NCBI GenBank assembly: GCA_963728315.1
Contig: CAVSKA010000017.1
Location: 76,127-140,126, forward strand
From: an uncultured Bacillales bacterium
Lineage (GTDB): Bacteria; Bacillota; Bacilli; Bacillales; CAVSKA01
Length of the DNA: 64,000 nt
Direction of reading: 5' to 3'
Part shown: positions 20,650 through 31,672 of the stretch, one piece after another
Numbering within the stretch: the stretch's first letter is position 1
Layout: each line of letters begins with the position of its first letter
Position numbers and translations under genes: made by a program
Notes under the pieces: model-generated
The model's database searches: none
What the model was told of the DNA's origin: nothing
Seen by the model: only the letters and a program-made list of their open reading frames with translations

Positions 20650-22288
20650 ATGTCAATAAAATTACGTACATATGTTGCATCTGTATTTGCTCTCTTTATT
20701 ATCATCTTGACTGTTTTTTTAGGTGTAACGATAAGTGAGAAATCGAGTGGGAAAGTAGAAGAAGTTGTAGGTGATTCTCTTTCAGGAGTTGCCTTTCAAA
20801 TGTCGAATAAATTAGATCTATTTATGTGGGAGCGATATCAAGAGATTCACTTTTTAAGTAAAGAATCTTCATTTTTAAATAAAAGCAATGATCTGAAATA
20901 TAATAGTATAAACCAATTGAAAAAAGACTTTCCTTCATTCTCTTGGATAGGAGTGACAGATGCAAAGGGAAATGTCCTTACTTCCACTGATCACATACTA
21001 GAGGGCAAAAATATTGAAGCACGTCCTGTTTTTCAAAAGGGAGCTATAGGACCCTTTATCGGAGATGTTCACGACGCAGTTTTACTATCAAAATTGTTAC
21101 CTAACCCCACTGGTGAGCCTATTCAATTTGTGGATATTAGCATGCCTCTTAAAGATGACGATGGTAAATTTACATGGGGTACTAGCCGCTCATTTAAGCT
21201 GGAAATGGTCGGAAGAGGTAAGGAGTACGATTCTGCATCCAAGAAGGGATAAAGATAAACTCGAAGTGTTGATTGTTAGCTCAAAGGAAAATACGGTTTT
21301 ACTTGGCCCAAAAGATATGGTGGGTAAGCCATTAAAACTTGCTAGTATTTCTCAAGCTAAAAGTAAGAAAAATGGCTGGAATATTGAAAAATGGCCAGAT
21401 GGAAAAGAATATTTAACTGGTTATGCATTTGGCGACGGTTATCATGCATACAACGGATTGGGCTGGACCGTTCTTGTGCGTCAGCCGTTATCGATAGCGT
21501 TTAATGCTGCCAATGAAATTAAACTTTTCATTTTTATTCTCGGTGTGATTTCTGCAGTTTGTTTCGGTTTAATCGGTTGGTTTTTAGCCGGTAAAATTGC
21601 AAAGCCTCTAAATAGAATAGCACAGGCAGCTGAAGGGTTGAAAAATGGAGAGCAAAGAGAAATACCCTTTGTAAAAGGAATTAAAGATATAGAAGTCCTA
21701 TCACTGTCGTTAAGAGAAATGGTCACTACGATCACACAAACGAAATCGGAGTTAGGCCAAATGGAAACGATTGCTCATCATGATCACTTAACGGGTTTGC
21801 CGAATCGAATTGCATTGTATTCCTATATCGATTCCATGATGGAGAAACAAAATGCCAGTAATCAACTGGATTCTCTCGTCGTCATGTTTGCTGATTTAGA
21901 CGGTTTTAAAGAAGTAAATGATACTTATGGACATCAAATTGGGGATCAAGTTCTTCAAATAGTGGCCGATCGCCTAAACCAATGTTTATTACCAAAGGAG
22001 TTCGTTTCACGTTTAGGCGGAGATGAATTTGTTTTTATCCTTAATACGAATAATGAAGATTCTTTCGTGAAAGGAAAATGGAGAGCAGATGAACTTATTA
22101 ACGTGATTAAACAGCCGATATTAGTAGCCGACAGTATTATAAAGGTTGGTTGTAGTATTGGCGGAGCAATTTGGCCACAAGATGGACAAGATGCAAATGG
22201 TGTACTTGATTATGCCGACCAAGCACTATATGAAGCAAAAAAAGCTGGGAAAAACAGAACGTTTTTTTTCCAAGAAATACAAAAATAA
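20650..22288 (+). pseudogene. Cache-HAMP-GGDEF diguanylate cyclase, frameshift near 21170-21177
   Basis: The N-terminal TM and Cache domain (to ..ISMPLKDDDGKF) continues in the +1 frame as GVLAAHLSWKWSEEV.., then a TM helix, HAMP and a GGDEF domain (RLGGDEFVF). The two track ORFs 20644..21252 and 21065..22288 overlap. Confidence 0.8.
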
Positions 22289-22306
22289 TGAGTCTCACTC
22301 GTTCCT

Positions 22307-22595
22307 ACTGAAGAAAAGAAGTTGGAACAAAAGTATTTTAGTTAAAGAAAAATCCGAACGATACAGCGAAATTCTAAGTGGAATTTTCGTATTGGTTCGG
22401 ATTTTTTTACTTTATTGTTTTCTTCGTTGAATCAATTTCATAAATGAATATCTTTTCAATGGAACGGAAATCTAAAGTTTATACGGACATTAATGTTTCA
22501 AGAAAACTTTTTCCGAGGAGACTCGACCGTTCATCCGCAAAAAGAGAGTGCGTTTGCTGAATAGAGAAAAATCAAAATCAACATTTAATAAAGCC
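22307..22595. repeat. chimeric repeat: family-A left half joined to family-B right arm
   Basis: AAAAGAAGTTGGAACAAAAGTATTTTAG plus the CCGAACGAT..GGTTCGG hairpin plus ..cgttgaatcaatttcataaatg (family A). This is followed by ..gaggagactcgaccgttcatccgc..tttgctgaatagagaaaaatcaa..acatttaataaagcc (family-B right arm). Confidence 0.75.
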
Positions 22596-22850
22596 ATTAT
22601 GAAAGAAAGACCATTTTTTAAATATAAAACCACAGAGTAAGATCTCGTGATATTAATAATTAGAACCGGTTAACTGCATAATAAGGATCATTCGAATAAA
22701 AGTCTATTCATGTCGTGGAAAATAAGGAACAATACCAGAAAATAGGTAGTTTAACTTTATGCAAAATGAGGAAGTAGTAATTAGAATCTGTTGTTTATTA
22801 AAATGCAATTATCTATTGGTTTATCTCAAATACATAATAGAGGTGGAAAA

Positions 22851-24335
22851 ATGAAAGATGCAAGATCAAATTCAGAAACAAAGAGTGTAGAGGCGGAGAA
22901 TAAAGCGCCGGGACTTCGAAGGCATTTGCAGCCTAGGCACATTACGATGATTTCGCTTGGTGGCACGATCGGAACGGGATTGTTTTTAGCAAGTGGGACA
23001 GCGATTCATACGGCTGGACCAGGAGGGGCTTTGCTGGCATATGGACTAATAGGAATTATGGTGTTCTTCCTGATGACCAGTTTAGGGGAGATGGCTTCTT
23101 ACATGCCGGTTGCTGGATCTTTCAGTGTCTATTCATCGAGATTTGTAGACAAAGCTCTGGGTTTTGCAATGGGCTGGAATTATTGGTATAGCTGGGCTGT
23201 AACAATAGCTGCAGAATTATCGGCAGTTGTATTGGTAATGAAATTTTGGTTTCCGCATACTCCTTCGTTCATGTGGAGTGGTATTTGTTTAATTCTTCTC
23301 TTCTTATTAAATATTCTTTCGGTAAAAGGTTTCGGTGAATCTGAATATTGGTTCTCCATTATCAAGGTTGTGACCGTCATTATCTTTATTGTAACGGGAA
23401 TATTAATGATCTTTGGTATTCTAGGTGGGGAAGCAGTTGGTTTTAAAAATTTCACTATAAAGGATGCCCCATTTAATGGAGGGTTTTTGACTGTCTTAGG
23501 AATCTTTATGGCAGCAGGCTTCTCATTCCAAGGAACAGAGCTACTTGGTGTGACGGCAGGAGAAAGTAAAAATCCTTCAAAGAGTGTACCAAAGGCTGTT
23601 CGTCAGGTTTTTTGGCGGATCTTACTTTTTTATATTCTTGCGATTACGGTAATTGGGCTTATTATTCCATATACAACTCCAGAATTAGCCGCCGGAGACA
23701 ATGTCACAGTTAGCCCTTTCACACTTGTCTTTCAAAAAATAGGTTTTGCATTCGCCACATCAGTAATGAATGCGATTATTTTGACTGCGGTTTTGTCAGC
23801 GGGTAACTCTGGCATGTATGCTGCAACAAGGATGCTCTGGAATTTAGCAAAAGAAGGGCAGGCACCTAAATTTCTTGCGAAGCTCAATTCAAAAGGAATT
23901 CCATTTAATGCTCTAATCGTAACTTCTATTGTCGGTTGTTTTGCTTTCTTAGCCTCATTTTTTGGAGACGGAGTCGTTTATATTTGGTTATTAAACGCTG
24001 CTGGATTATCTGGCTTTATTGCTTGGGTAGGAATTGCAATTAGTCACTATCGGTTCCGCAAAGCATTTCACGCACAAGGTAAGAGTCTAGATGTTCTACC
24101 ATACCGCGCAAAATGGTTTCCTTTTGGGCCGATTTTCGCTTTCGCTCTTTGTACATTCATTATATTAGGGCAAAATTACAATGCATTTGCAGGTGATTCC
24201 ATTGATTGGAACGGTATTCTCGTTTCTTATATTAGTTTACCGCTGTTTCTCATATTATGGTTTGGCTACAAATTCATTAAAAAGACGAAAGTTGTTAAAC
24301 TAACCGAATGTGATCTGTCGAATGAAAATGATTGA
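22851..24335 (+). CDS. amino acid permease (APC superfamily, LysP-like)
   Basis: 12-TM pattern and N-terminal ..LQPRHITMISLGGTIGTGLF typical of AAT-family permeases. AGAGGTGG RBS before ATG 22851. Confidence 0.85.
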   Translation: MKDARSNSETKSVEAENKAPGLRRHLQPRHITMISLGGTIGTGLFLASGTAIHTAGPGGALLAYGLIGIMVFFLMTSLGEMASYMPVAGSFSVYSSRFVDKALGFAMGWNYWYSWAVTIAAELSAVVLVMKFWFPHTPSFMWSGICLILLFLLNILSVKGFGESEYWFSIIKVVTVIIFIVTGILMIFGILGGEAVGFKNFTIKDAPFNGGFLTVLGIFMAAGFSFQGTELLGVTAGESKNPSKSVPKAVRQVFWRILLFYILAITVIGLIIPYTTPELAAGDNVTVSPFTLVFQKIGFAFATSVMNAIILTAVLSAGNSGMYAATRMLWNLAKEGQAPKFLAKLNSKGIPFNALIVTSIVGCFAFLASFFGDGVVYIWLLNAAGLSGFIAWVGIAISHYRFRKAFHAQGKSLDVLPYRAKWFPFGPIFAFALCTFIILGQNYNAFAGDSIDWNGILVSYISLPLFLILWFGYKFIKKTKVVKLTECDLSNEND

Positions 24336-24356
24336 TTCGTTTAAACAGCATGATAC

Positions 24357-24393
24357 AAAGAGAACCAGCGAACTTTCGCTGGTTCTCTTTGTA
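24357..24393 (+). terminator. intrinsic terminator after the permease gene
   Basis: AAAGAGAACCAGCGA-ACTT-TCGCTGGTTCTCTTT hairpin. Confidence 0.85.
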
Positions 24394-24521
24394 TCGATTC
24401 GTTAAAGATAAAAGGGCTTCATTATGGCTCGAAATTGAATGTTGAAATCTAATTGAGCATCTATCCGAATTAAACGATATAATAGGGATAAAATTATTTC
24501 ATAAAGGATGTAGGGAATATT

Positions 24522-25769
24522 ATGTTTAAAGGTTCAAAACACTTGGCTCGTCTATCCCTTGTTATTATGGGGACAGGCTTTGTGGCTACCATTCCTTTTC
24601 AGGATTCATTACTCGGGGCGATCTTACAAGGTGGCTTTGAGGCAGGTATAGTAGGTGGTCTCGCAGATTGGTTTGCTGTTACAGCTTTATTTCGTCATCC
24701 GTTAGGGTTACCTATCCCTCATACAGCCATATTACCTCAGAACAGAGAAAGAATGACCAAAGCACTTGTTTCAATTATTGAAAACAACTGGTTAACTAAA
24801 GCAAGTATTCAAGATAAAATGAAACAAATCCATTTCAGTGAAAAACTATTATCATTTATTCAGAATGAACTTCAATCCAAATCAACAAAGAGAGTTATTC
24901 AATCTCTATTAAACTATGTGATTCAACAAGTTAACATAGTATCAATCGTGCCTTTCATCGAAAAGCAAATAAAGATGTATCTTTCTAAGATTCAAATTTC
25001 ATCCCTTCTAAAGTATTTATCAGATCATGCAATTGCTCAGCAATATGATGAAAAAGCGTTTGATTATCTATTGGTAAAGACTGAAGAATGGCTAATGATT
25101 GAAAATCGAAGTCAGCAGCTTGGAAGAATTGCTTTAAGAGCATTAAATGATATTGAATTAGACGGCATTTTGCAATTTGCAATCAAATCTTTTCGAAGTA
25201 TGATAAATGAAGATACGCTGGGTAAAATTATTCATAACCTTTTAAATAATGGTATTCAGAATCTACAGAAGGCAGATAATCCCCATCGTGAAACATTACT
25301 GTTAAAGATTCGTAAGGAATTACAAGGCTTACATGAGAATGAAGAAGTAATTCATAAAGTTGAAACGTTTAAAGAAAATTTGTTAGATCAACTAGAGTTA
25401 TCAGAACGAATAGAAGAAACCTTGCAAAAAGTAAAACAAAAAGTGTTAGATATTATCGAAGAGGGAGTTCTTATCGATAAATATCTTTTCCCTTATGTCA
25501 CAAGAATACTTAAGAATGTTCAATCAGATCCTACAAAAATCAATAAGATTGAGGCAATGATTCAAAAGCAATTGGAGCTTCTTATTGAAAGTAATCACTC
25601 GAAGATAGGTAAACTTGTGCAAGAAAATTTAGATAAACTTGATAATGAATCTTTAATTAATATGATGGAAAATAACATCGGCAAGGATTTGCAATGGATC
25701 AGGGTAAATGGAGCAGTATGTGGTTTTATTATCGGAATTATTATTACGGTAATCAAATCGTTCTTCTAG
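24522..25769 (+). CDS. DUF445-family membrane protein
   Basis: 415 aa. N-terminal GGLADWFAVTALFRHPLGLPIPHTAILP and C-terminal LQWIRVNGAVCGF.. are hallmark DUF445 segments. Confidence 0.7.
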   Translation: MFKGSKHLARLSLVIMGTGFVATIPFQDSLLGAILQGGFEAGIVGGLADWFAVTALFRHPLGLPIPHTAILPQNRERMTKALVSIIENNWLTKASIQDKMKQIHFSEKLLSFIQNELQSKSTKRVIQSLLNYVIQQVNIVSIVPFIEKQIKMYLSKIQISSLLKYLSDHAIAQQYDEKAFDYLLVKTEEWLMIENRSQQLGRIALRALNDIELDGILQFAIKSFRSMINEDTLGKIIHNLLNNGIQNLQKADNPHRETLLLKIRKELQGLHENEEVIHKVETFKENLLDQLELSERIEETLQKVKQKVLDIIEEGVLIDKYLFPYVTRILKNVQSDPTKINKIEAMIQKQLELLIESNHSKIGKLVQENLDKLDNESLINMMENNIGKDLQWIRVNGAVCGFIIGIIITVIKSFF

Positions 25770-25774
25770 TTTAA

Positions 25775-25915
25775 GATTGAATCAATCTCATCATTAGAAA
25801 TCAGCTCTTAAAAGACGAACATTTTATTCGGTTGAAGTGGCAGACGGCGAATCCTGCGCGATTAGCTTGAGCAGAAGGCATCGCAGGAACAAAGTGAGGG
25901 TACTGAAAAAGTCAG
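25775..25915. repeat. repeat fragment with the shared GC-rich core module
   Basis: gattgaatcaatctcatcatt.. (family-A-like), then TTGAAGTGGCAGACGGCGAATCCTGCGCGATTAGC (25832-25866), a variant of the core seen in both the A and B families. Confidence 0.65.
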
Positions 25916-25922
25916 CGTCGTT

Positions 25923-25982
25923 TACCAAAAGTAAAGCCCCCCTATCTCGTTTGATCGAGATAGGGGGGCTTTACTTTTGGTA
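25923..25982. other. perfect 27-bp-stem / 6-nt-loop inverted repeat
   Basis: TACCAAAAGTAAAGCCCCCCTATCTCG-tttgat-CGAGATAGGGGGGCTTTACTTTTGGTA. No external U-run. Confidence 0.9.
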
Positions 25983-26029
25983 CTAAAATATCATCGAATG
26001 TCATGAATGGACGGAGATGGAATGTTTCT

Positions 26030-26165
26030 TGGTTTGAATGTGTGTTGATTGATTGCAGTGAAAGGCGTCTCATCAAGCGGAAAAAGCGTACGCAGGAGCG
26101 GACCGCCTGCACCAATTAACAGGATTGCTGCTAGTGGAGCTTGCTTTTTAGACCGTTCTTATCTA
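26030..26165. repeat. GC-rich repeat-like segment (degenerate family-B-type arm)
   Basis: ..gtgttgattgattgc..aagcggaaaaagcgtacgcaggagcggaccgcctgc.. resembles the B arm modules (gttgat.., cggaaa.gcg..), but is diverged. Confidence 0.4.
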
Positions 26166-26215
26166 CAGACGATTACGTAAAGAATAAAATCAATTTAATT
26201 TATCATAAAAACCAT

Positions 26216-26246
26216 TTGACTCTCACGCAGCGTCATCATTTACGAT
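26216..26246 (+). promoter_or_regulatory. MerR-type promoter with 19-bp spacer
   Basis: TTGACT (26216-26221), 19-bp spacer, TACGAT (26241-26246), immediately upstream of the MerR gene. The over-long spacer is the hallmark of MerR-activated promoters. Confidence 0.6.
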
Positions 26247-26266
26247 AAAAGAAAGAGGTGATCACC

Positions 26267-27034
26267 TTGTATAAAGTGAAAGAAGTGGCGGCATTAGCGG
26301 GTGTTAGTGTGCGAACACTCCATCATTATGATCAGATTGGCTTGCTTAAACCAGCAGCAATTGGAGCAAATCAATACAGGTATTACAGTGATGAAGATTT
26401 TAGCAGACTTCAACAGATCATGTTATTCAAAGAGTTTGATTTTTCATTGCAGGAAATTAAACAAATTCTAGATGATCCACAGTTTAATCATCGTCAGGCA
26501 TTAGAGTCTCATAAGAAATTGTTGGTCGAAAAAAAAGACCGTCTTGAAAGAATGATACGATCCATCGATCAAACAATCGATACGTTAGAAGGAGGAAGGA
26601 AAATGTCAAAGAAAGAGATATTTGAACCATTTGAAATGAAAAAGGTTGAAGAACATCGACAGAAATTCGATCAAGAGGTAAAAGAGGCTTACGGAGATAC
26701 AAACGCTTATCGAGAGTCGCTACACAAAACGAAATCGTATAAAGAGGATGACTGGAAAAGGATCCATGAACAAAATGAAGACCTTTATCGTCGGCTAATT
26801 GCCAATATGCACAAAGGCCCTAAAGATAAAGAAGTTCAGCAGATTATTGATTCATTTCGTCAACACATTACTGATTACTATTATGAATGTACACTTGAGA
26901 TTTTTAGAGGTCTTGGTGAAATGTATGTAAACGATCCTCGATTTACAAAAAACATCGATAAATATGAAAAAGGTTTAGCGGCATTTAAGCGTGAAGCGAT
27001 ACACATTTACTGTGACCGTCTTGAAAGTAAATAA
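26267..27034 (+). CDS. MerR-family regulator, TipA/Mta type (N-terminal HTH plus TipAS-like C-terminal domain)
   Basis: YKVKEVAALAGVSVRTLHHYDQIGLL HTH and a long C-terminal antibiotic-recognition-like domain. Start is TTG 26267 or GTG 26258. Confidence 0.85.
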   Translation: MYKVKEVAALAGVSVRTLHHYDQIGLLKPAAIGANQYRYYSDEDFSRLQQIMLFKEFDFSLQEIKQILDDPQFNHRQALESHKKLLVEKKDRLERMIRSIDQTIDTLEGGRKMSKKEIFEPFEMKKVEEHRQKFDQEVKEAYGDTNAYRESLHKTKSYKEDDWKRIHEQNEDLYRRLIANMHKGPKDKEVQQIIDSFRQHITDYYYECTLEIFRGLGEMYVNDPRFTKNIDKYEKGLAAFKREAIHIYCDRLESK

Positions 27035-27347
27035 ATGATGCATAACACAAGTGAAATTGAAAATCTGCTGAGAATGAGAAATTCTTTGCGGATTTTTCTA
27101 TTTAGATCGGTTTTCATTTCGATTGATAAATAAAATCGAGTACCATTGTGATCACAGTTTGGAAATTTCCAATTTGAATCATTTCACTTGAGTATAAGCA
27201 AAAAAGAGAATATCTACATACGATAATATACGTTTTCATAGACGATTAAGTAAAGTTTGGACTGAAAATATCGATGTTTAGAAAAGCAACGTTTGTCAAT
27301 GCTTAAGAAAGGGTATAAATTAGAAAGATTTTGGAGGTGTTTGTCGA

Positions 27348-28358
27348 ATGGCTTGTGATAAAGCGATCGCTGTATTGGAACGCATGAGGTTACCAAACGG
27401 TACTTATACAGCTAGCACTTCAAAAGACTATCATTATGTATGGATCCGTGATGTTGTCTATACGGTATTGCCATTTTTATATAAACAAGATGGACACTAT
27501 GAGAAAGCATATCATTCACTATTTGATCTATTTCGATCATATGAATGGAAAATTGATATTCACACAGAAAAGAAACCAGAATACCTATTTGAATATATAC
27601 ACGCACGCTACTCTCCTGAATTAAAAGAAATTAACCAAGAATGGGGTCACGCACAAAATGATGCCATCGGTGCATTTCTTTGGGGTGTAGGAGAAGGAAT
27701 GAGAAATGGACAAAATGTCATTCGAGATGCCAAAGATTTAGAAATGGTTCAGAAATTGGTGAATTATCTCGAATGTTTACAATATTGGCAAGCAAAAGAT
27801 AATGGAATGTGGGAAGAAAATATGGAGTTGCATTCCTCCAGTATTGGAGCTTGTGTAGCCGGTCTGCATTCGGTTAAAATGCTTGTTGATGTAAAGCCGG
27901 AGCTTATTCAAAAAGGTGAAGAAACACTTCGTTTTCTCTTACCTCGAGAGAGTGAAACAAAAGAGACGGATTTAGCCTTATTGTCACTTGTGTACCCTTA
28001 TCGAATTGTCGAACGGGAAACAGCATTAAACATAGTGAAGAACGTGTCCGAACAGCTTGAAAGAACATACGGATGTATCCGTTATAAGAATGATCAATAT
28101 TACAACGAAGGTAGTGAAGCTGAATGGTGTTTCGGTTTGCCTTGGCTAGGACTTTGTTACTTTGAATTGGGTTTGTTCAAACAATCACAGCAATACGTAG
28201 AGAAAACACGACGAATTGTGCCTGAGAACTGGGAAGTACCAGAGTTATATATTGGTGGAAAAAATGAACCAAATGGAAATACGCCGCTTGCATGGTCAGT
28301 TTCATTGTCGTATCTTTTTTTAAACAAAATGGAAAGTTCAGATTCCTTAGAAGCGTAG
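27348..28358 (+). CDS. glycoside hydrolase family 15-like protein (catalytic (alpha/alpha)6 domain only)
   Basis: 336 aa. YVWIRD, GHAQNDAIG, DNGMWEE (putative catalytic Glu), PLAWS motifs resemble glucoamylase / phosphorylase-kinase-like GH15 domains. Confidence 0.7.
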   Translation: MACDKAIAVLERMRLPNGTYTASTSKDYHYVWIRDVVYTVLPFLYKQDGHYEKAYHSLFDLFRSYEWKIDIHTEKKPEYLFEYIHARYSPELKEINQEWGHAQNDAIGAFLWGVGEGMRNGQNVIRDAKDLEMVQKLVNYLECLQYWQAKDNGMWEENMELHSSSIGACVAGLHSVKMLVDVKPELIQKGEETLRFLLPRESETKETDLALLSLVYPYRIVERETALNIVKNVSEQLERTYGCIRYKNDQYYNEGSEAEWCFGLPWLGLCYFELGLFKQSQQYVEKTRRIVPENWEVPELYIGGKNEPNGNTPLAWSVSLSYLFLNKMESSDSLEA

Positions 28359-28550
28359 TGAAAATAGATGTCTATACAAGTCTTGCCAATATTGGTGAGA
28401 CTTTTTAATATATGAACGTAAAAAAAGTGAGAAAAATAAAGGGTTTTGTAAGAATTTAGCGTATTTTGAAAACAATAAAATTATTCAAAGGAAATTAGCT
28501 TAACACGTCGAATGTAGTGTATAACTGCTAAATAATTGGGAGGTGTTTCA

Positions 28551-30491
28551 TTGAAGAAAATGGTGGAAGACCGACCGGAAATCTATCCAAGTGAAGTTGA
28601 TTTATATCTTTTTCATGAAGGAACATTATTCGAAAGTTACAAAATGCTAGGTGCTCATCGAACCATTTCCCAGGGTGTAGAAGGAGTACGATTCGCGGTT
28701 TGGGCACCGAATGCAAAAGAAATATCCGTTGTTGGGAATTTTAATGGATGGAACGGCGTACAAAATAAGATGGATCGAATTGAGGAATCAGGTATATGGG
28801 TATTATTTATCCCTGGATTACGCGATGGAGATATCTATAAATATGAAGTCCAAACATCTAGTGGAGAAACCATGTTGAAGTCAGATCCCTATGCTGCTTT
28901 TTCTGAAATTCGTCCGCATACAGCTTCTGTTATTCAGTCCTTAAATCAGCATGAGTGGCAAGATGAGAAATGGATGGTTGAAAGGAAGAAATCTGATGTC
29001 TACCATAAACCTATTTATATTTATGAAGTGCATTTAGGTACGTGGAAGAAAAAGATTAATGGTGATTATCTTTCTTATCGCGAACTGGCTGACATACTAA
29101 TTGATTATGTACTTGAAAATGGTTTTACTCATATCGAACTCATGCCGGTCATGGAACATCCCTTTGATGGATCCTGGGGTTACCAAGTAACAGGTTATTT
29201 TTCTGTTACAAGTCGATATGGAAAACCTGAAGATTTTATGTATTTTATCGATCGGTGTCATCAAAAAGGGATTGGAGTTATTTTAGACTGGGTTCCTACC
29301 CATTTTTGCAAGGATAGTCATGGACTTGGTCGTTTTGATGGAACACCTCTCTATGAACCGAGTGATCCTCTGAAAGCAGAGCGGATTGTTTGGGGTACGT
29401 ATAATTTTGACTTTAGTAAGCCGGAAGTTAGAAGTTTCCTCATTTCAAATGCTGTGTTTTGGATGGATGTTTATCACATCGATGGATTTCGAGTAGATGC
29501 TGTTTCCTCTCTAATCTATCTTAATCATGACAATCCATTGCCGGTAAAGCTACAAAATCAATATGGTGGAGAAGAAAATCTAGAGGCAATTGAATTTGTG
29601 AAAAAGTTAAATGAAACAATCTTCAAGAAGTTTCCAGGTGCACTCATGATGGCAGAAGAAGCAACGGATCGTCCATTCGTGACTTCACCAACTACTGGTG
29701 GGGGGCTTGGTTTCAATTACAAATGGAATATGGGTTGGGTCAACGATGTCTTGAACTATATGAAGCTAGAATTACCTGAGCGAGCAAATCACCATAACTT
29801 GTTAACTTTCTCTTTTTTTTACGCTTTCTCTGAAAATTTTGTTTTACCTTTTTCACATGATGAGGTCGTTCATGGAAAAAAATCGCTTCTTAATAAAATG
29901 CCTGGAGACTATTGGCAAAAATTCGCAAACCTTCGCTTGTTATATGGGTACTTCATGACGCACCCCGGGAAAAAGTTAGCCTTTATGGGGGTTGAATTTG
30001 CGCAATTTTCTGAATGGAAAGATCGAGAAGAACTAGATTGGATGTTATTAGATTATGAATCTCATTCGAATTTTCATCATTATTTAAAAACCTTGAACCA
30101 ATTTTACAAGGAGACAAGCTCTTTATGGAGACTTGATCACGAAAAAGAAGGGTTTCAATGGATCGATCCAGATAATTCAACCCAAAGCGTTCTTACTTTT
30201 ATGAGAAAAGGCAAACGTAAGGGAGATTATTGTCTTGTTATTTGCAACTTCTCGGCAGAGGTCTATAAAAATTATCGCATCGGAGTTCCTTCATTGGGTC
30301 ATTATATAGAGGTTTTCAATAGTGACTCGGTTTCATTCGGAGGCTCAGGACAATACAATGAGAAGGCGATTTCTGTAGACAAGCAACCATACCATAATCA
30401 GCCATTTAGTATGGAAGTGAAAGTGCCTCCACTAGGAGTGTCCATATTCATGAAACAGACGAAAAAACGACGGGAGAGAGGTCATTTATAG
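28551..30491 (+). CDS. glgB: 1,4-alpha-glucan branching enzyme
   Basis: CBM48 plus GH13 motifs (DWVPTHF, GFRVDAV, MMAEE, SHDEV). GGGAGG RBS before TTG 28551 (the track ORF starts at 28536). Confidence 0.95.
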   Translation: MKKMVEDRPEIYPSEVDLYLFHEGTLFESYKMLGAHRTISQGVEGVRFAVWAPNAKEISVVGNFNGWNGVQNKMDRIEESGIWVLFIPGLRDGDIYKYEVQTSSGETMLKSDPYAAFSEIRPHTASVIQSLNQHEWQDEKWMVERKKSDVYHKPIYIYEVHLGTWKKKINGDYLSYRELADILIDYVLENGFTHIELMPVMEHPFDGSWGYQVTGYFSVTSRYGKPEDFMYFIDRCHQKGIGVILDWVPTHFCKDSHGLGRFDGTPLYEPSDPLKAERIVWGTYNFDFSKPEVRSFLISNAVFWMDVYHIDGFRVDAVSSLIYLNHDNPLPVKLQNQYGGEENLEAIEFVKKLNETIFKKFPGALMMAEEATDRPFVTSPTTGGGLGFNYKWNMGWVNDVLNYMKLELPERANHHNLLTFSFFYAFSENFVLPFSHDEVVHGKKSLLNKMPGDYWQKFANLRLLYGYFMTHPGKKLAFMGVEFAQFSEWKDREELDWMLLDYESHSNFHHYLKTLNQFYKETSSLWRLDHEKEGFQWIDPDNSTQSVLTFMRKGKRKGDYCLVICNFSAEVYKNYRIGVPSLGHYIEVFNSDSVSFGGSGQYNEKAISVDKQPYHNQPFSMEVKVPPLGVSIFMKQTKKRRERGHL

Positions 30492-31648
30492 TGGTAGCTA
30501 AAAAGTGGATTGCGATGCTGTTGGCAGGTGGACAAGGTTCAAGACTGGGAGAACTGACAAAAGGATTAGCAAAACCGGCTGTTCCGTTCGGAGGAAAATA
30601 TCGAATTATTGATTTTACTCTCAGCAATTGCACACACTCAGGAATCGATACGGTAGGTGTATTGACACAATATCAACCACACGTTTTAAATGCATATGTA
30701 GGGAATGGAAGAGCTTGGGATTTAGATCGCAATTTTGGCGGAGTTTCATTGTTGCCACCATACAAAGGAAACGATGGGGGTATGTGGTACAAAGGAACGG
30801 CAAATGCCGTTTTTCAAAACATCCATTTTGTCGATCAGTACGATCCTGAATATGTACTGATCATATCTGGTGATCATATTTATAAAATGGATTACGATCT
30901 GATGCTACAAGCACATATTAAAAAAGAAGCCAAAGCCACTATAGCGGTGATAGAGGTGCCTTGGCATGAAGCGAACCGGTTCGGCATTATGAATACAGAT
31001 GAAGAAGATCGAATTACTGAATTTGAAGAAAAACCAGATGAACCAAAAAGCAATCTTGCATCCATGGGCGTATATATTTTTAATTGGAAAGCGTTGAAAG
31101 AATATTTAATTCAAGACGAACATAACCGATCATCATCGAATGATTTTGGGAAAGATGTTATACCTAGAATGTTAGAAGATGAAAATGAAATCTTTGCCTA
31201 TCGATTTAGTGATTATTGGAAAGACGTAGGAACGATTCAAAGTCTTTGGGAAGCACATATGGACCTTCTACTTGATTCACCATCGTTAGAATTAAATGAT
31301 CATAACTGGAAAATTTTCGCAGGTAATGCGAATCACCCACCGCAATATATTGCAGCTGAAGCAACTGTCACAAAATCATTAGTGAACGAAGGTTGTCAAA
31401 TTTATGGAAGTTTGGAACGATGTGTTCTTTCATACAATGTTCACGTGGGCTACGGTACTACCATTTCGGATTCAGTGATTATGCCGAATGTTAAGATTGG
31501 AAACAATGTGACGATTGAAAAAGCGATTATCATGTCGAATACAGTGATTGAAGACAATGCTGTTATCCGAGCTGAAGAGAGTTCTGATGAAATATTACTA
31601 ATTGGAAATCGATTAAAGACTTCTTCGGCAAGCAATGAAGTCTATTAA
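30491..31648 (+). CDS. glgC: glucose-1-phosphate adenylyltransferase
   Basis: [16 protein letters not shown] nucleotidyl-transferase motif. Left-handed beta-helix C-terminus. Abuts glgB. Confidence 0.95.
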   Translation: MVAKKWIAMLLAGGQGSRLGELTKGLAKPAVPFGGKYRIIDFTLSNCTHSGIDTVGVLTQYQPHVLNAYVGNGRAWDLDRNFGGVSLLPPYKGNDGGMWYKGTANAVFQNIHFVDQYDPEYVLIISGDHIYKMDYDLMLQAHIKKEAKATIAVIEVPWHEANRFGIMNTDEEDRITEFEEKPDEPKSNLASMGVYIFNWKALKEYLIQDEHNRSSSNDFGKDVIPRMLEDENEIFAYRFSDYWKDVGTIQSLWEAHMDLLLDSPSLELNDHNWKIFAGNANHPPQYIAAEATVTKSLVNEGCQIYGSLERCVLSYNVHVGYGTTISDSVIMPNVKIGNNVTIEKAIIMSNTVIEDNAVIRAEESSDEILLIGNRLKTSSASNEVY

Positions 31649-31672
31649 TGGAGAAATGGACGGTGCAAATAA

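Noticed and set aside
21065-21252. Programmed ribosomal frameshift in the diguanylate cyclase gene (overlapping ORFs), and likewise for the other split genes.
   Set aside because: There is no slippery heptamer or downstream structure at the junctions. The same window holds many unrelated broken genes, so mutational or assembly frameshifts are the simpler explanation.
22596-22850. Lysine (L-box) riboswitch upstream of the LysP-like permease.
   Set aside because: The leader is AT-rich. I could not find the conserved L-box helices or the GAGGCGC/GGG blocks.
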